A DNA stretch of 64,000 nt from Candidatus Iainarchaeum sp. (GCA_018304465.1 JAGVWC010000008.1:32001-96000); one strand, 5' to 3'. Positions 40,364-50,304 are shown, counted from the stretch's first letter. Translations and numbers: made by a program. The notes: generated from the letters alone by a model not told the origin.

Positions 40364-40732
40364 TTACTTGATTTTGAACTCAAGCCAATCGACTTTCTTG
40401 TCCAACACGAGTTTCTTGATCTTTTTCTGGTTTTCATTCAATTGGCTCTGACCGGTCTTGAATTCCACGAACACGATTTTGTTCTCGTCAAACGCGACCC
40501 CGTCAATCGGCGACCCTAAAAACCGAAACTGCTGGCGATCAAACGGAAACGCGTCCGAAAACGGAATCCACTGCTCCGTAAGTTTTCCGTATTTTACCGA
40601 CTGACTCGATTTCGAAAACTCAAGATCGACCAAGCGGCGCTGCAAACCCGAAGCACGCGAAAACAACCAAAACGCAAGCAAACCAAAACACGCCGCTGCA
40701 ATCGCCAACACAATCAATACAAAGTCCATCAA
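40364..40732 (-). CDS. Holliday-junction-resolvase-like endonuclease with N-terminal TM
   Basis: GKLTEQWIP, RFLGSPID, FVEFKTG. Confidence 0.85.
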   Translation of the reverse strand: MMDFVLIVLAIAAACFGLLAFWLFSRASGLQRRLVDLEFSKSSQSVKYGKLTEQWIPFSDAFPFDRQQFRFLGSPIDGVAFDENKIVFVEFKTGQSQLNENQKKIKKLVLDKKVDWLEFKIK

Positions 40733-40799
40733 AAAAAACTCCGCAAGAAATATAACGAACGAACTATTTATACCTTAGCGGAAACGGAATAGCTTCAGG

Positions 40800-41225
40800 T
40801 TATTTAAGGTTCAGAAAAAACGCAGCGTCCGCAAGGATTTTTTTATCCATATCCAGTATTCCAAGCCGCGCGGCTTGCGCGAAAGAAAACAGTTTCATCG
40901 CACGACCTTCTTTCTGATCAAACAAACGCATCGACGGAAGCGGCGCCAAAAAAACATGCGCGGTTACCTTTTGGCCGTTCGGAAGAACACCCGAAAACAT
41001 TCTAAAAAATTCAAAGTCGGTTAAATTAAACGAAAGCTCTTCTCGAATCTCCCGAACAATCGCCTGCATTGGAGATTCGCCTGTTTCGATCGCGCCCCCG
41101 AAAAAACCCCATTCTTCACCGCACTTGCTGATCCCGACACGGTCCTGAAGCAAAACCTGCTTGTCGGAAGAATAGAAAAGAATCGTCGCAACGAATCGGT
41201 CCGAAACAGCCGAAGACATGGTCAA
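40800..41225 (-). CDS. NUDIX hydrolase
   Basis: GGAIETGESPMQAIVREIREE Nudix box. Confidence 0.92.
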   Translation of the reverse strand: MTMSSAVSDRFVATILFYSSDKQVLLQDRVGISKCGEEWGFFGGAIETGESPMQAIVREIREELSFNLTDFEFFRMFSGVLPNGQKVTAHVFLAPLPSMRLFDQKEGRAMKLFSFAQAARLGILDMDKKILADAAFFLNLK

Positions 41226-41569
41226 TAGTATTTGGTTCCTTGGCCCGTCAAAGAAACGATTTGGTATTCGCGACTGGATTCTTTTAACGCGACCAGCAAA
41301 GCCATGTGTTCTTTTCCGGAACCCGAAACCAACGAAACCGCCAATTCGCCGTCCGGCAACTTGTTTTTGATCGCGTCCTTGATGATTTCAAAACCCGCGC
41401 GCGTGTTCACGAACACCCATTCCACGGGTTTTTCAGGTTTGAAATTTTCTTTTCCGAATTCGGATGAGATCAATATGACGCGATCAAAGGACTCCTGAGA
41501 AATCAATCGGTTCACATGACCCCACGTTCCTTTTCCGACGCCTAAGCAAGCCACTAAGGATTTTCCCAT
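41222..41569 (-). CDS. hypothetical protein, possibly CARF-like Rossmann fold
   Basis: LVACLGVGKGTW...VILI...VSLVSGSGKEHMAL. Confidence 0.6.
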   Translation of the reverse strand: MGKSLVACLGVGKGTWGHVNRLISQESFDRVILISSEFGKENFKPEKPVEWVFVNTRAGFEIIKDAIKNKLPDGELAVSLVSGSGKEHMALLVALKESSREYQIVSLTGQGTKYY

Positions 41570-41698
41570 TTCCTCAAACCCCAAAAAACAATGAATGATT
41601 AGTATATATTATATAATATAAATTTTCCGACAAACCATTTGCGTTGCCAGGACAAAAACAAGGAAACAAAAACAAGCGGATTTTGACCAAAACGCCCA

Positions 41699-43414
41699 TT
41701 AAAGGCGTTTTTCCATGTAGGGGCCGTTCGCGACATACCCTAATTTCCGATAATAATTCCGCGCCCCGACCCCTGAAATCACCAGGGATTTTTGACAATC
41801 AAACTCTTCTTTGGCGGCTTTTTCAGCGGCTTCCAGTAATTCTCGCCCAAGCCCCTGATGCTGTACGGCTTCGGAATCGTTTTCGCCAACTTCCAGCGCT
41901 TTTCCAAACACATGCAACTCGCGAATCAAACCCGTGGAAGAATCGATTTCGGGCCGAAACGATTTCCCGGGAATTCGCAAACGACAAAACCCGAACAAGA
42001 CATCCGCTTTTTCATCCTCAAACGACAAAAACAATTCCTCGCCCTTGCTTGCCGCGTATTTTTCCACGAGCAGTTTTCCGCGCGACACATCGGCCAAACC
42101 CGCGTTTTTCGAGTGTCCGATTTCCCGACAGCGAATACAACGACACGAAATCCCAAGTTCTTTGGCGCGTTCTTCCACCAACTGACGCAAATTATTCGAT
42201 CGCACGCCTTCCGAAGACCATTTCGTCGGAATATCCCGCATCACGCGCTGGACTCGCACCCACTTTGGAAAAAACGCCTTGGACCGCGCGATCACGTCCG
42301 CCGCGGTTTTTGTCGACATCGGCGAAAACTCGCCTCGTTCGTACAACTTGAACAAAGGCGTTCCCGGCAACACCATGCACGGATAAATCTTCAAGGCGTC
42401 CGGACAAAACGACGGATTCGAAAACAATTCCTTAAACATCGCCACGTCTTTTTTAGGCGAAGACTTCGGAAGCCCCGGCATCATGTGAAACGTGACTTTG
42501 AGTCCGCTGTCCTTAAGCAAGCAGGTGGCGGAAACGGAATCAACCAAAGAATGACCCCGATTCGTAAACGACAAAATTTCCTCATCCAAACACTGGATCC
42601 CCAATTCCACGCGCGTACAACCCAAGGACAACATCTCGTTGATATGCGGCTCCAAACAAAAATCCGGTTTGGTTTCGATGCAAAACGCCACCATGCGACA
42701 CGCCGACGACTCGTTTTTTTTCTGTTCGGATAGAAGCGAACCCGGGTGACTTTTCTTTAAAGCCAACAATTCGTTTTGCAGCCGCACGGTTTTTTCTTTT
42801 TCGGATTCGCCTGGCACCGGCACGAAAAAACGGTTGAATCCATCCACGTCAAATTTTCCATCCGGAAAAAACCGATTCGAAAACAAATTCAACGCCAAAA
42901 ACGTATCCGACACAAATTCCCGCTGATACTCCACGGGAAAACTCGGAAACGTTCCGCCCATCAAAATCAATTCGATTTTTCCCACCGCATGACCCATCGC
43001 GCACAACTGGGACAAACGATTAAACGTCTGCAAAAACGCGTCAAACCGATTCGCGACCGCGCGCATGGACGCCGGCTCGTTTCCCGTATAACTCTTCGGA
43101 ATGCTGCCAAAAACCGATTTTTCTCCCCCAGGGCAATAAATGCACGTGCCGTGCCGGCAGTCAATCGGCTTGGTCATGATCGCAAGCGGCGCAACTCCCG
43201 ACAAGGTCCGAACCGGCTTGATCCCCAAAAGCCAACGCACTTTATCCGACGGATGCGTCACTTCGAGCAGCAAATCCGGATTACTCGGAACCCGGCCAAG
43301 ACCCCATTGTTTGGCCAAATGCATCTTAAACGCGTGCAATTCGCCAAAAGAAGCCACTTTACCGGAATCAATCGCCGCTTCGACGGCCAATGCAAACGAC
43401 TTGGAAGACGCCAT
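41699..43414 (-). CDS. elp3: Elp3 tRNA wobble-uridine acetyltransferase (radical SAM + KAT)
   Basis: RTLSGVA, CxHGxCxYCPGG, KSYTGNEP, RELHVFG, QHQGLG, ISGVGARNYY. Confidence 0.95.
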   Translation of the reverse strand: MASSKSFALAVEAAIDSGKVASFGELHAFKMHLAKQWGLGRVPSNPDLLLEVTHPSDKVRWLLGIKPVRTLSGVAPLAIMTKPIDCRHGTCIYCPGGEKSVFGSIPKSYTGNEPASMRAVANRFDAFLQTFNRLSQLCAMGHAVGKIELILMGGTFPSFPVEYQREFVSDTFLALNLFSNRFFPDGKFDVDGFNRFFVPVPGESEKEKTVRLQNELLALKKSHPGSLLSEQKKNESSACRMVAFCIETKPDFCLEPHINEMLSLGCTRVELGIQCLDEEILSFTNRGHSLVDSVSATCLLKDSGLKVTFHMMPGLPKSSPKKDVAMFKELFSNPSFCPDALKIYPCMVLPGTPLFKLYERGEFSPMSTKTAADVIARSKAFFPKWVRVQRVMRDIPTKWSSEGVRSNNLRQLVEERAKELGISCRCIRCREIGHSKNAGLADVSRGKLLVEKYAASKGEELFLSFEDEKADVLFGFCRLRIPGKSFRPEIDSSTGLIRELHVFGKALEVGENDSEAVQHQGLGRELLEAAEKAAKEEFDCQKSLVISGVGARNYYRKLGYVANGPYMEKRL

Positions 43415-43447
43415 AGAAACCATTCCAACGAAAAAGAATAAGAGGCT

Positions 43448-44257
43448 TTACTGAAAGAGGCTTGCCAAACCATTCAAAAAATAGAACACGTTCAGATTCG
43501 GCGAAAGCACCGGCAAACCGAACAAACCCGAATCGAACTTTCCGACCAACGTCGGTTTAATCATCAAGGTTTCATTGAACTGATCCAAAGTTTTTTGATT
43601 CTGAACCGAAACCATTCGAAACGAAAAATCCCGCTTTCCATACACTTTCGGAAACACTTCCAATTCCTGATCAATCACCGCGGAATCCGAATTCGCGCCG
43701 CCCAACACAAACGTCTTGGCCTTAAACGACGAATCCGGCAACGTCGAAGACACCACGAACGAATGCGACGCCAAAGACTGGTTCACCGCACGAAACGAAA
43801 AAACCGCTTTTTGGCCCAACACCAAATTGTTCTTGATGGGACCCACTTCAAACCGAACCAAATCATTTCGCACAGCCACCACCAGATTCACGGACTCGGA
43901 CAAACCAGCGTCATCCGAAAAAACCAATCGAAGCGACTGCACGCGCTCCGTTTCGGACGCGGGAACTGAAATCTTGAATCCGATCGACTCCGCCAACACC
44001 TGGGACTGACCCACCGACCAACCGGACGGAACCGTGGACGAATCCGCACTAATCGATTTCCAAAACGAATTCGCTCCGGTGCGGTAATTAAAAAAAACCT
44101 CTAATTCTTCTCCTGGCTGCATCGAACCCAAATTCAGAGATTCGTTGTTTTCCAACGTCTTCACCAGCGGACTGATCAAAGAAACCCGTGCAAACGCCGG
44201 AAAAGAAGCCAAAATCAAGACCAAAACAATCAAAAACGCTTTAGACCACAGTTTCAT
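43448..44257 (-). CDS. secreted beta-rich (Ig-like) hypothetical protein
   Basis: signal peptide ending AFA; beta-strand pattern. Confidence 0.65.
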   Translation of the reverse strand: MKLWSKAFLIVLVLILASFPAFARVSLISPLVKTLENNESLNLGSMQPGEELEVFFNYRTGANSFWKSISADSSTVPSGWSVGQSQVLAESIGFKISVPASETERVQSLRLVFSDDAGLSESVNLVVAVRNDLVRFEVGPIKNNLVLGQKAVFSFRAVNQSLASHSFVVSSTLPDSSFKAKTFVLGGANSDSAVIDQELEVFPKVYGKRDFSFRMVSVQNQKTLDQFNETLMIKPTLVGKFDSGLFGLPVLSPNLNVFYFLNGLASLFQ

Positions 44258-44304
44258 AAAAGATCTGACAAATAAACACGGCAAAAACTTAAAAAGGTGA
44301 GGGA

Positions 44305-44913
44305 ATGGCAACCAACGTGGAAAACGAACGCTTTGAAATGGTCAAAAAACGCCACTTTCAATCGTTTCATGACGCCGTCACAAACGGCAAAGCCGACAAA
44401 CCCGCGATTCCACTATGCGAGTTCCTCAATTCACTGCCCGAGTTTTTTACGGCTTCCAGCTGTTCCGGACGCGTCATTTTGCTCAATGTGGACTCCATGG
44501 AAACCAAACAAACCGCCGCGTTCCACTATAAAACCCACGGACTCGCATCCGCCATGGTTTCATGGAAAAAACTAAGCGAAAAAACCCGAAAAGAAGTCTG
44601 GTTCAAACAAGAAAGCTTCATCCTGCACATTGGAACCAACCATCTGGACAACGCCAACCGGCTACTTGAATGCGCGCGACTCGCCGGCATCAAACGCGGC
44701 GGCATCATGCTGGCAAAACCCGGAAAATTCATTCTTGAGCTTCAAGGAACCCAAGGAATCTCCGCGCCCATCAAATACCAAGACAAACTCCTCGTGAACC
44801 GCGATTACTACGAATTCCTGGTGCGACGCGCCAACAAAAAAATGAAAAAAAACAGCCAACAACTCGAAAAATTCGAAAAAATACTCCGCGAAAAACTCGG
44901 GTCAACCGATTAA
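44305..44913 (+). CDS. taw3: tRNA wybutosine-pathway methyltransferase Taw3/TYW3
   Basis: FFTASSCSGR, YKTH, ILHI, AGIKRGG. Confidence 0.88.
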   Translation: MATNVENERFEMVKKRHFQSFHDAVTNGKADKPAIPLCEFLNSLPEFFTASSCSGRVILLNVDSMETKQTAAFHYKTHGLASAMVSWKKLSEKTRKEVWFKQESFILHIGTNHLDNANRLLECARLAGIKRGGIMLAKPGKFILELQGTQGISAPIKYQDKLLVNRDYYEFLVRRANKKMKKNSQQLEKFEKILREKLGSTD

Positions 44914-46508
44914 TCGCGCGATTTCAAAATCTCGGCAATGACCCCCTGCGGATCCGAATAATACCGCTGTACCACCGCCGAAACCTCGTCGTGACTCACG
45001 ATCCGCCGCTCCACCATCCATTCCAACACTTGGCGCCGCACCGCGATTTCTTTTCGGATATCCGTCAAGCCATGCGACGAGCGCTCCGACAACACCTGCA
45101 ACACGTGACTCGGCGTCTCGGTTCTCGACAGCAAATCCGTTTTTCGGTTCCATTCAAACAACATCGAAAGAAGCGGCTTTTCTTCCATCGAAGACAACTC
45201 CGACACCTGAACAATCCTGCGAACCAATCCTTTTCCAGGCAAAAAAAGACGGTGCTGCACGATAATCAAATCCAACAAACCAAGCATCGACTCCGGAACA
45301 TTCATGGGTTTCGAACGCAAACGCAACAGCAGTTCTTTGGCCGAATTCGCGTGCACCGTACCCATGGTTCCGTCATGACCCGTATCCATCGCGACAAACA
45401 GCGTCTGCGCGCCTTCGTCCCGAACTTCGCCGACCAGTAACCGGTCTGGACGCATGCGCAACGCGTTTTGCAACAACTCGTCCATGGACACCGCATCGGT
45501 CGCACGCGAACGCGGACGCGATTCGAGCTGCACCCAGTTCTGCCGATGCACCAGATCCAACTCCAACGTGTCCTCGATCGACACAATCCTCTGATACGCC
45601 GGCACAAACGCCGCCAAACAATTCAACGTCGTGGTTTTTCCGCTGCCGGTTCCCCCCGTAACAATCAGGTTCATCGGCTGGACTCCGAGCCCTTCCACCA
45701 TGACCCACAAAAACGCCGCCAACTCGCTTGAAAGCGTTCCGTGCAAAATCAAATCCACAACCGAATAATTCGCGCGCGAAAACTTCCGGATCGTCAAAGA
45801 CACGCCTTCCGGAGAAACCGACGCGTTCGTCGCGTTCACACGGCTGCCATCCGGCAAACGCGCGTCAAGCAACGGAAACGATTCATCGAACGGTTTGGCC
45901 GCCGTACGCGCGATCCGAAGCACAAGCGAATCCAAGGCCTTTGGAGAATCGAAAACGATATTGGTTTTGCACATCCCGAATTTTCGGTGAAAAACAAACA
46001 CCGGGCGCTCCAGACCGTTCACCATGATTTCTTCAAGACCCGGATCCGACACGAGATCCGACAACGATCCGAACCCGATCGAATTATCGATCGCGGACTT
46101 GGCTACAGGACCCGGATTCTTCACATCCGGAAAAAACTCGGCGATCACGGCACCCATCGCGACCGCAAACGACTCCAATTCCGGTGTGGACGGAATTTTT
46201 TCCATTCCCGACGCCAGGTTGATATCCGCAATCACGCGACGCGTAAACGCATCCATGAACTTCGAAGGCACATGACCGATGATCTGCTCCAAAGAAAACA
46301 ACGCGATTTTTCCGGTAATGGCTTCCGACAACGCGTCCGCAAGCTTTCGGTCAACCGAAGAAAGTTCCGGACGGTTAACATCGTAAAAAAAATTGGGAAA
46401 CCCCTCAAAAATCGAAACCACGCCGTTCGAATCCACCAGTTTTCCGCGCGAATCCAGGATGCCGCTCTTCAATGAAACCCCCCAATTTAATAATATCACA
46501 ACGCACAA
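44910..46508 (-). CDS. second CpaF/TadA/VirB11 family ATPase
   Basis: DARLPDGSRVNA, GGTGSGKTT, LRMRPDRLLVGEVR, MDTGHDG; start uncertain. Confidence 0.93.
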   Translation of the reverse strand: MCVVILLNWGVSLKSGILDSRGKLVDSNGVVSIFEGFPNFFYDVNRPELSSVDRKLADALSEAITGKIALFSLEQIIGHVPSKFMDAFTRRVIADINLASGMEKIPSTPELESFAVAMGAVIAEFFPDVKNPGPVAKSAIDNSIGFGSLSDLVSDPGLEEIMVNGLERPVFVFHRKFGMCKTNIVFDSPKALDSLVLRIARTAAKPFDESFPLLDARLPDGSRVNATNASVSPEGVSLTIRKFSRANYSVVDLILHGTLSSELAAFLWVMVEGLGVQPMNLIVTGGTGSGKTTTLNCLAAFVPAYQRIVSIEDTLELDLVHRQNWVQLESRPRSRATDAVSMDELLQNALRMRPDRLLVGEVRDEGAQTLFVAMDTGHDGTMGTVHANSAKELLLRLRSKPMNVPESMLGLLDLIIVQHRLFLPGKGLVRRIVQVSELSSMEEKPLLSMLFEWNRKTDLLSRTETPSHVLQVLSERSSHGLTDIRKEIAVRRQVLEWMVERRIVSHDEVSAVVQRYYSDPQGVIAEILKSRD

Positions 46509-46543
46509 TCTAGTATATAATTTCTCATGAAAAGGGAAGAAAC

Positions 46544-47920
46544 GTGAAAAAACTGCTTCAAACCGTCTTGGCCCGGATCACTCCCGCCAAAGAAGAACTC
46601 GCATCCGAAAAAAAAATCATCGCCGAACTACTGGCCAAAATCCGAAAAATCGAAGGAAAACACGTCCGCGTCGCGGTTTACGGAAGCGTCGGACGCCAAA
46701 CGCAACTTGCCAACGACAAAGACATCGACTTGTTCGTATTGTTTCCCAAAAAATTAAGCCGGGACGAATTCGAAAGCGAAGGATTACGCATCGCGAAAAC
46801 CGCGCTCAAAGGACACCCGTGGCAAGAAGCGTACTCCGAACACCCGTACATCAAAAGCGAGTACAAAGGATACGAAATCGAAATCATTCCCGCGTACGCC
46901 GTCAAACACACCGGTGAAAAAAAAAGCGCGGTCGACCGCACGCCGTTTCACCATTCGTACCTCGAAAAAAAAATGAACCAAAAACAAAAAAGCGAAGTAC
47001 GGCTCTTGAAAAGATTCCTCAAAGGCATCGGATGCTACGGCGCCGACGTGAAAAACCAAGCGTTCTCGGGATATGCCACAGAACTACTCATCGTGAAATA
47101 CGGATCGTTCGAAAAAACCATTCGAAACGTATCCCAATGGAAGCCACCCATTGTCATCGACCTGACAAAATACTGGAAAACCGAAGAACTCAAGAAAAAA
47201 TTTCCACTGGATACGCTTATTCTAATCGATCCAACAGACAAAGACCGAAACGTTACAGCAGCAGTATCCAGCCAACAAATCGAACGATTCGTCCGCGCAA
47301 CCGGGGCGTTTTTGAAAAAACCAAGAATCGAATTTTTCTTTCCGAACGAACCCCGTCCATTCACGGCGACGGAACTGCAACGCGAAATCCGAAAACAACA
47401 TGTGACCGGAATTGCCATGGGCTATCCGACGGGAACCCATTATGATATTTTCTGGGGCCAATGGAAACGCGTGCATCACCGTATCGAAAACGAACTGACC
47501 AAAAACGGGTTTGAAATCAAAAAAACCGCGGTGTACTCCAATGAAACCGATTCAAGCACGATGCTTTTTTCCTTAAAAACCCTCGAACTTCCGAGCACCG
47601 AATGGCGCATCGGACCACCCGTTACCGACACGGTGCACGTCCAACGGTTTCTTTTGGCCCATAAAAAAGAAATCAAACGAAAAAAAGAGCAAAATCACCG
47701 GATCGCCATCGAGATTCCGCGAAAAATAAAAAAAACCGAAACCTTGTTCAAAACCCAATTAAACACGATTAAAACCGAAGAAAAAGACGCCGTTAAAACC
47801 GCGGCCAAAAACGCCAAAATTCTCAGCGAAAAAACAATTCTTTTGAAATACGCCAACAACAAGGATTTTAGGGTCTTCGCCACCCAATTCCTACGAAAAA
47901 AAGAACCCTGGGAAAACTAG
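46544..47920 (+). CDS. cca: class I (archaeal) CCA-adding enzyme
   Basis: GS...DIDLF, YSEHPY, SAVDRTPFH, FSGYATEL, DPTDKDRNV. Confidence 0.93.
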   Translation: MKKLLQTVLARITPAKEELASEKKIIAELLAKIRKIEGKHVRVAVYGSVGRQTQLANDKDIDLFVLFPKKLSRDEFESEGLRIAKTALKGHPWQEAYSEHPYIKSEYKGYEIEIIPAYAVKHTGEKKSAVDRTPFHHSYLEKKMNQKQKSEVRLLKRFLKGIGCYGADVKNQAFSGYATELLIVKYGSFEKTIRNVSQWKPPIVIDLTKYWKTEELKKKFPLDTLILIDPTDKDRNVTAAVSSQQIERFVRATGAFLKKPRIEFFFPNEPRPFTATELQREIRKQHVTGIAMGYPTGTHYDIFWGQWKRVHHRIENELTKNGFEIKKTAVYSNETDSSTMLFSLKTLELPSTEWRIGPPVTDTVHVQRFLLAHKKEIKRKKEQNHRIAIEIPRKIKKTETLFKTQLNTIKTEEKDAVKTAAKNAKILSEKTILLKYANNKDFRVFATQFLRKKEPWEN

Positions 47921-47941
47921 TTACCAAGCGAGGAACCATTC

Positions 47942-48382
47942 ATGCCCGAAGAAAAAGAAAACGACTCCGTTTATTTTGAAGAAAAAGCCAAACATTTACT
48001 GGCGCAACAACTCGATATTTTGCCCGAAGAATTCGATTCTTTGCAGCAATACCTCAAAACCAGCCGAAACATGCTCAAATATTATTTCGGCGAAGCCGGA
48101 ATCCATTTTGACGAAGAAACCCAAGCCAAACTCGAAAACCTCGTGACCAAAAGCGACTTTTTGGTCTTGGAATTCGCCCGACTCGAGTTCCAAGTGCGAC
48201 AATGGGCCAACGAAGCCGAAAAACGACTCATCGCCCAAAAACCATTCGCGGTCAATGAAAAAGAAGCCCTGGAATTCCGCGAATCCTTCCAATCGCTTCA
48301 AGCCGAAACCCGAAACGTCGGACACGAAACCCAAGCCCTCATTTACGAATTATGCCGGCTCACGGAAAAACGAATCGCGTAA
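47942..48382 (+). CDS. hypothetical helical protein
   Basis: GAGG RBS, host-like codon usage. Confidence 0.65.
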   Translation: MPEEKENDSVYFEEKAKHLLAQQLDILPEEFDSLQQYLKTSRNMLKYYFGEAGIHFDEETQAKLENLVTKSDFLVLEFARLEFQVRQWANEAEKRLIAQKPFAVNEKEALEFRESFQSLQAETRNVGHETQALIYELCRLTEKRIA

Positions 48383-48430
48383 AAAAAAACCTCCGATATT
48401 TCTTTATACCTAAAAGACCAATTCAAATGC

Positions 48431-49285
48431 ATGAGTTACCGAAAACGACGACCTCGAAGCGAACGTGGCGCACGGCCAAAACGCCATGCTCCGGACGCGC
48501 GGCAAAAAGAACTCGCCCGAAGAGTAGAAGCCATTCGAGCCGCGCTTTGCGGAAGACGCCTCGGATTGGTCAAATACAAGCCATCGAACCCCGTTGAAAT
48601 CGTTCGACGCATTCGAATGGCGGTTCAAAAAAACCGCCCCCTGCAACTGATCGTGTTTTGGGGCGGGGCCAAGACCCGGGAAACCCGAAAAAACTGGCCC
48701 GATCGCGCCGAAGAAAGCACGTTACTCAACATCGCGGAAGTCCGCCAGCAGCTCGAACAATTCGGCCTTGCGGTGGAAGTGAATATCCTGGCCATGGACA
48801 ATTACGAACTCATGCTAAACCAGCGGACAACAGGAGAAGTCGCCCAATATGTCAGTGGCATGATCGAACTCACCGATCCGCTCGGTTTTCGGTTGGAACG
48901 CCTCAGCAACGTATACCATCGCAGAGGATTCAATCCGGATCGATTAAAACCAAGCGAACGAAAAATGCGAGAATACGTCCACGAATTATATGAACGCGTA
49001 AAAAAAGACGAGGACATCATGGGTCAACTCACGCGCCTTGCCAAACTACGCCAAAGCCGCGACCCGGAAGAAGCCGTTCGCCAATATGTCGTTCACCACG
49101 CGTTCGATGACTTCCTGCTTGAGCGGACGTATCCGGGAGCCGTCTACGCGTCGCTTGGAAACCCGAAAACCCAACGAGAAATTTCGAATCTTCCGACCAT
49201 ATTTTACTATCAGAATAAAGAACCGGGAAAAATCGGCGAATTCGGAGTACCGTGGTTTGCCGTAAAACCGAACATTGGAAAATGA
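48431..49285 (+). CDS. orphan with Arg-rich N-terminus
   Basis: 284 aa; MSYRKRRPRSERGARPKRH; alpha/beta core PLQLIVFWGG; next to tRNA 3' end. Confidence 0.65.
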   Translation: MSYRKRRPRSERGARPKRHAPDARQKELARRVEAIRAALCGRRLGLVKYKPSNPVEIVRRIRMAVQKNRPLQLIVFWGGAKTRETRKNWPDRAEESTLLNIAEVRQQLEQFGLAVEVNILAMDNYELMLNQRTTGEVAQYVSGMIELTDPLGFRLERLSNVYHRRGFNPDRLKPSERKMREYVHELYERVKKDEDIMGQLTRLAKLRQSRDPEEAVRQYVVHHAFDDFLLERTYPGAVYASLGNPKTQREISNLPTIFYYQNKEPGKIGEFGVPWFAVKPNIGK

Positions 49286-49295
49286 TCGAAAAAAG

Positions 49296-49392
49296 CGAGC
49301 CTGGGAGGACTCGAACCCCCAATCGCCCGGTTGCTTCTTAGTATATTATATAATCCGAAGCCGGGTACATTATCCGATTATGCTACAGGCCC
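49296..49392 (-). tRNA. tRNA-Arg(TCG) with 23-nt intron at 37/38 (49332-49354)
   Basis: acceptor GGGCCTG/CAGGCTC, T arm GGTTCGAGTCC, anticodon TCG at 49356-49358, BHB CTTC/GAAG with GGA and CAA bulges. Confidence 0.93.
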
Positions 49393-49625
49393 TTATACAA
49401 CGTATTTGGATCGAGTTCATTATTTAATATTTGTTGTCGCTGGGTGAAGGTTGTATTCACTGGACAAAAGCCGTGTTTTTTCCAAACCAAGTAGCGAGAA
49501 TATTTCGAGGAATTCTTGAACCCAATCGAACGCACCCAATTCTCGAGGTTTTGGATCCCCGACAAGCAGAATACATATTTTCGGCTTTCGGTTTGTTTTA
49601 CAATAAAAATACCCAGTAAAACCAT
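49383..49625 (-). pseudogene. C-terminal remnant of a free-standing LAGLIDADG-like gene ending inside the tRNA
   Basis: LSGIQNLENWVRSIGFKNSSKYSRY pattern; stop codon lies in tRNA 5' end; upstream in-frame stop. Confidence 0.55.
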
Positions 49626-49761
49626 TTGGAGGCCGTATTGCCAGTAATTTCCCGCAAAAAATCGTTACTCCAAAAACAGGCTACGAGCGAAATGGGTTTT
49701 TTAATGGTTTTGTTGTGAAAATACGTATTATCCGAATTCTTGAAATTTGGAGGATTTTTAA

Positions 49762-49917
49762 ATGAAAGCCAGTACCACGAGCAACCGAGAAGTCATTGAC
49801 GACTACGTGGAATTTCCATGCCCCAAATGCGGCAAGCAAAAAATCGTGCGAAGCCTGCACGATCGAACCACGGCCAGAACCTATACCTGCCCAACCTGCG
49901 GGTTTGTCGGACCGTAA
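49762..49917 (+). CDS. DUF1610/HVO_2753-like zinc-ribbon protein (51 aa), absent from ORF track
   Basis: GGAGG RBS; FPCPKCG...YTCPTCGFVGP; directly upstream of EF-1beta. Confidence 0.85.
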   Translation: MKASTTSNREVIDDYVEFPCPKCGKQKIVRSLHDRTTARTYTCPTCGFVGP

Positions 49918-49969
49918 CCGCTTTTTTTACTTCGTAAAAAACCCGGGAAAAACAACGAGGAGCATCCAA

Positions 49970-50230
49970 ATGGGAAAAACAATCATTGTATTCAAAGTCA
50001 AATGCGAAGACATGGAAAAACTCGACGAAACCGTTGAAAAAATCAAACAACTCAAAAGCGGCGAAGTCAAGGACGTCAAAAAAATCCCCATCGGTTTTGG
50101 AATCCAGGAAATCAAAATCGCGGTTTTGATTCCGGAAAAACAAGACCAGATATTAGACCAAGTCCAAGACGAAATACGACAAATCCCCAACATCGAAGAC
50201 CTCGAAGTTGAAGCCATGACATTGTTGTAA
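49970..50230 (+). CDS. ef1b: translation elongation factor 1-beta
   Basis: PIGFGI motif, 86 aa, gene context. Confidence 0.85.
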   Translation: MGKTIIVFKVKCEDMEKLDETVEKIKQLKSGEVKDVKKIPIGFGIQEIKIAVLIPEKQDQILDQVQDEIRQIPNIEDLEVEAMTLL

Positions 50231-50304
50231 CTTATACATAACTAATTCTTTCTTTCCGTTTTTCCGCTCTCCGTTTAAATCCCTTTTCGTGCTCTTTCTA
50301 TTCC

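Noticed and set aside
41599-41617. TTAGTATATATTATATAAT closely resembles the tRNA intron sequence near 49338-49354
   Set aside because: Low-complexity AT sequence in a promoter region; likely chance
41644-43441. Long Arg/Pro-rich antisense and alternate-frame ORFs (also over cdc48, thrS, rad50)
   Set aside because: Shadows of well-supported genes produced by biased codon usage
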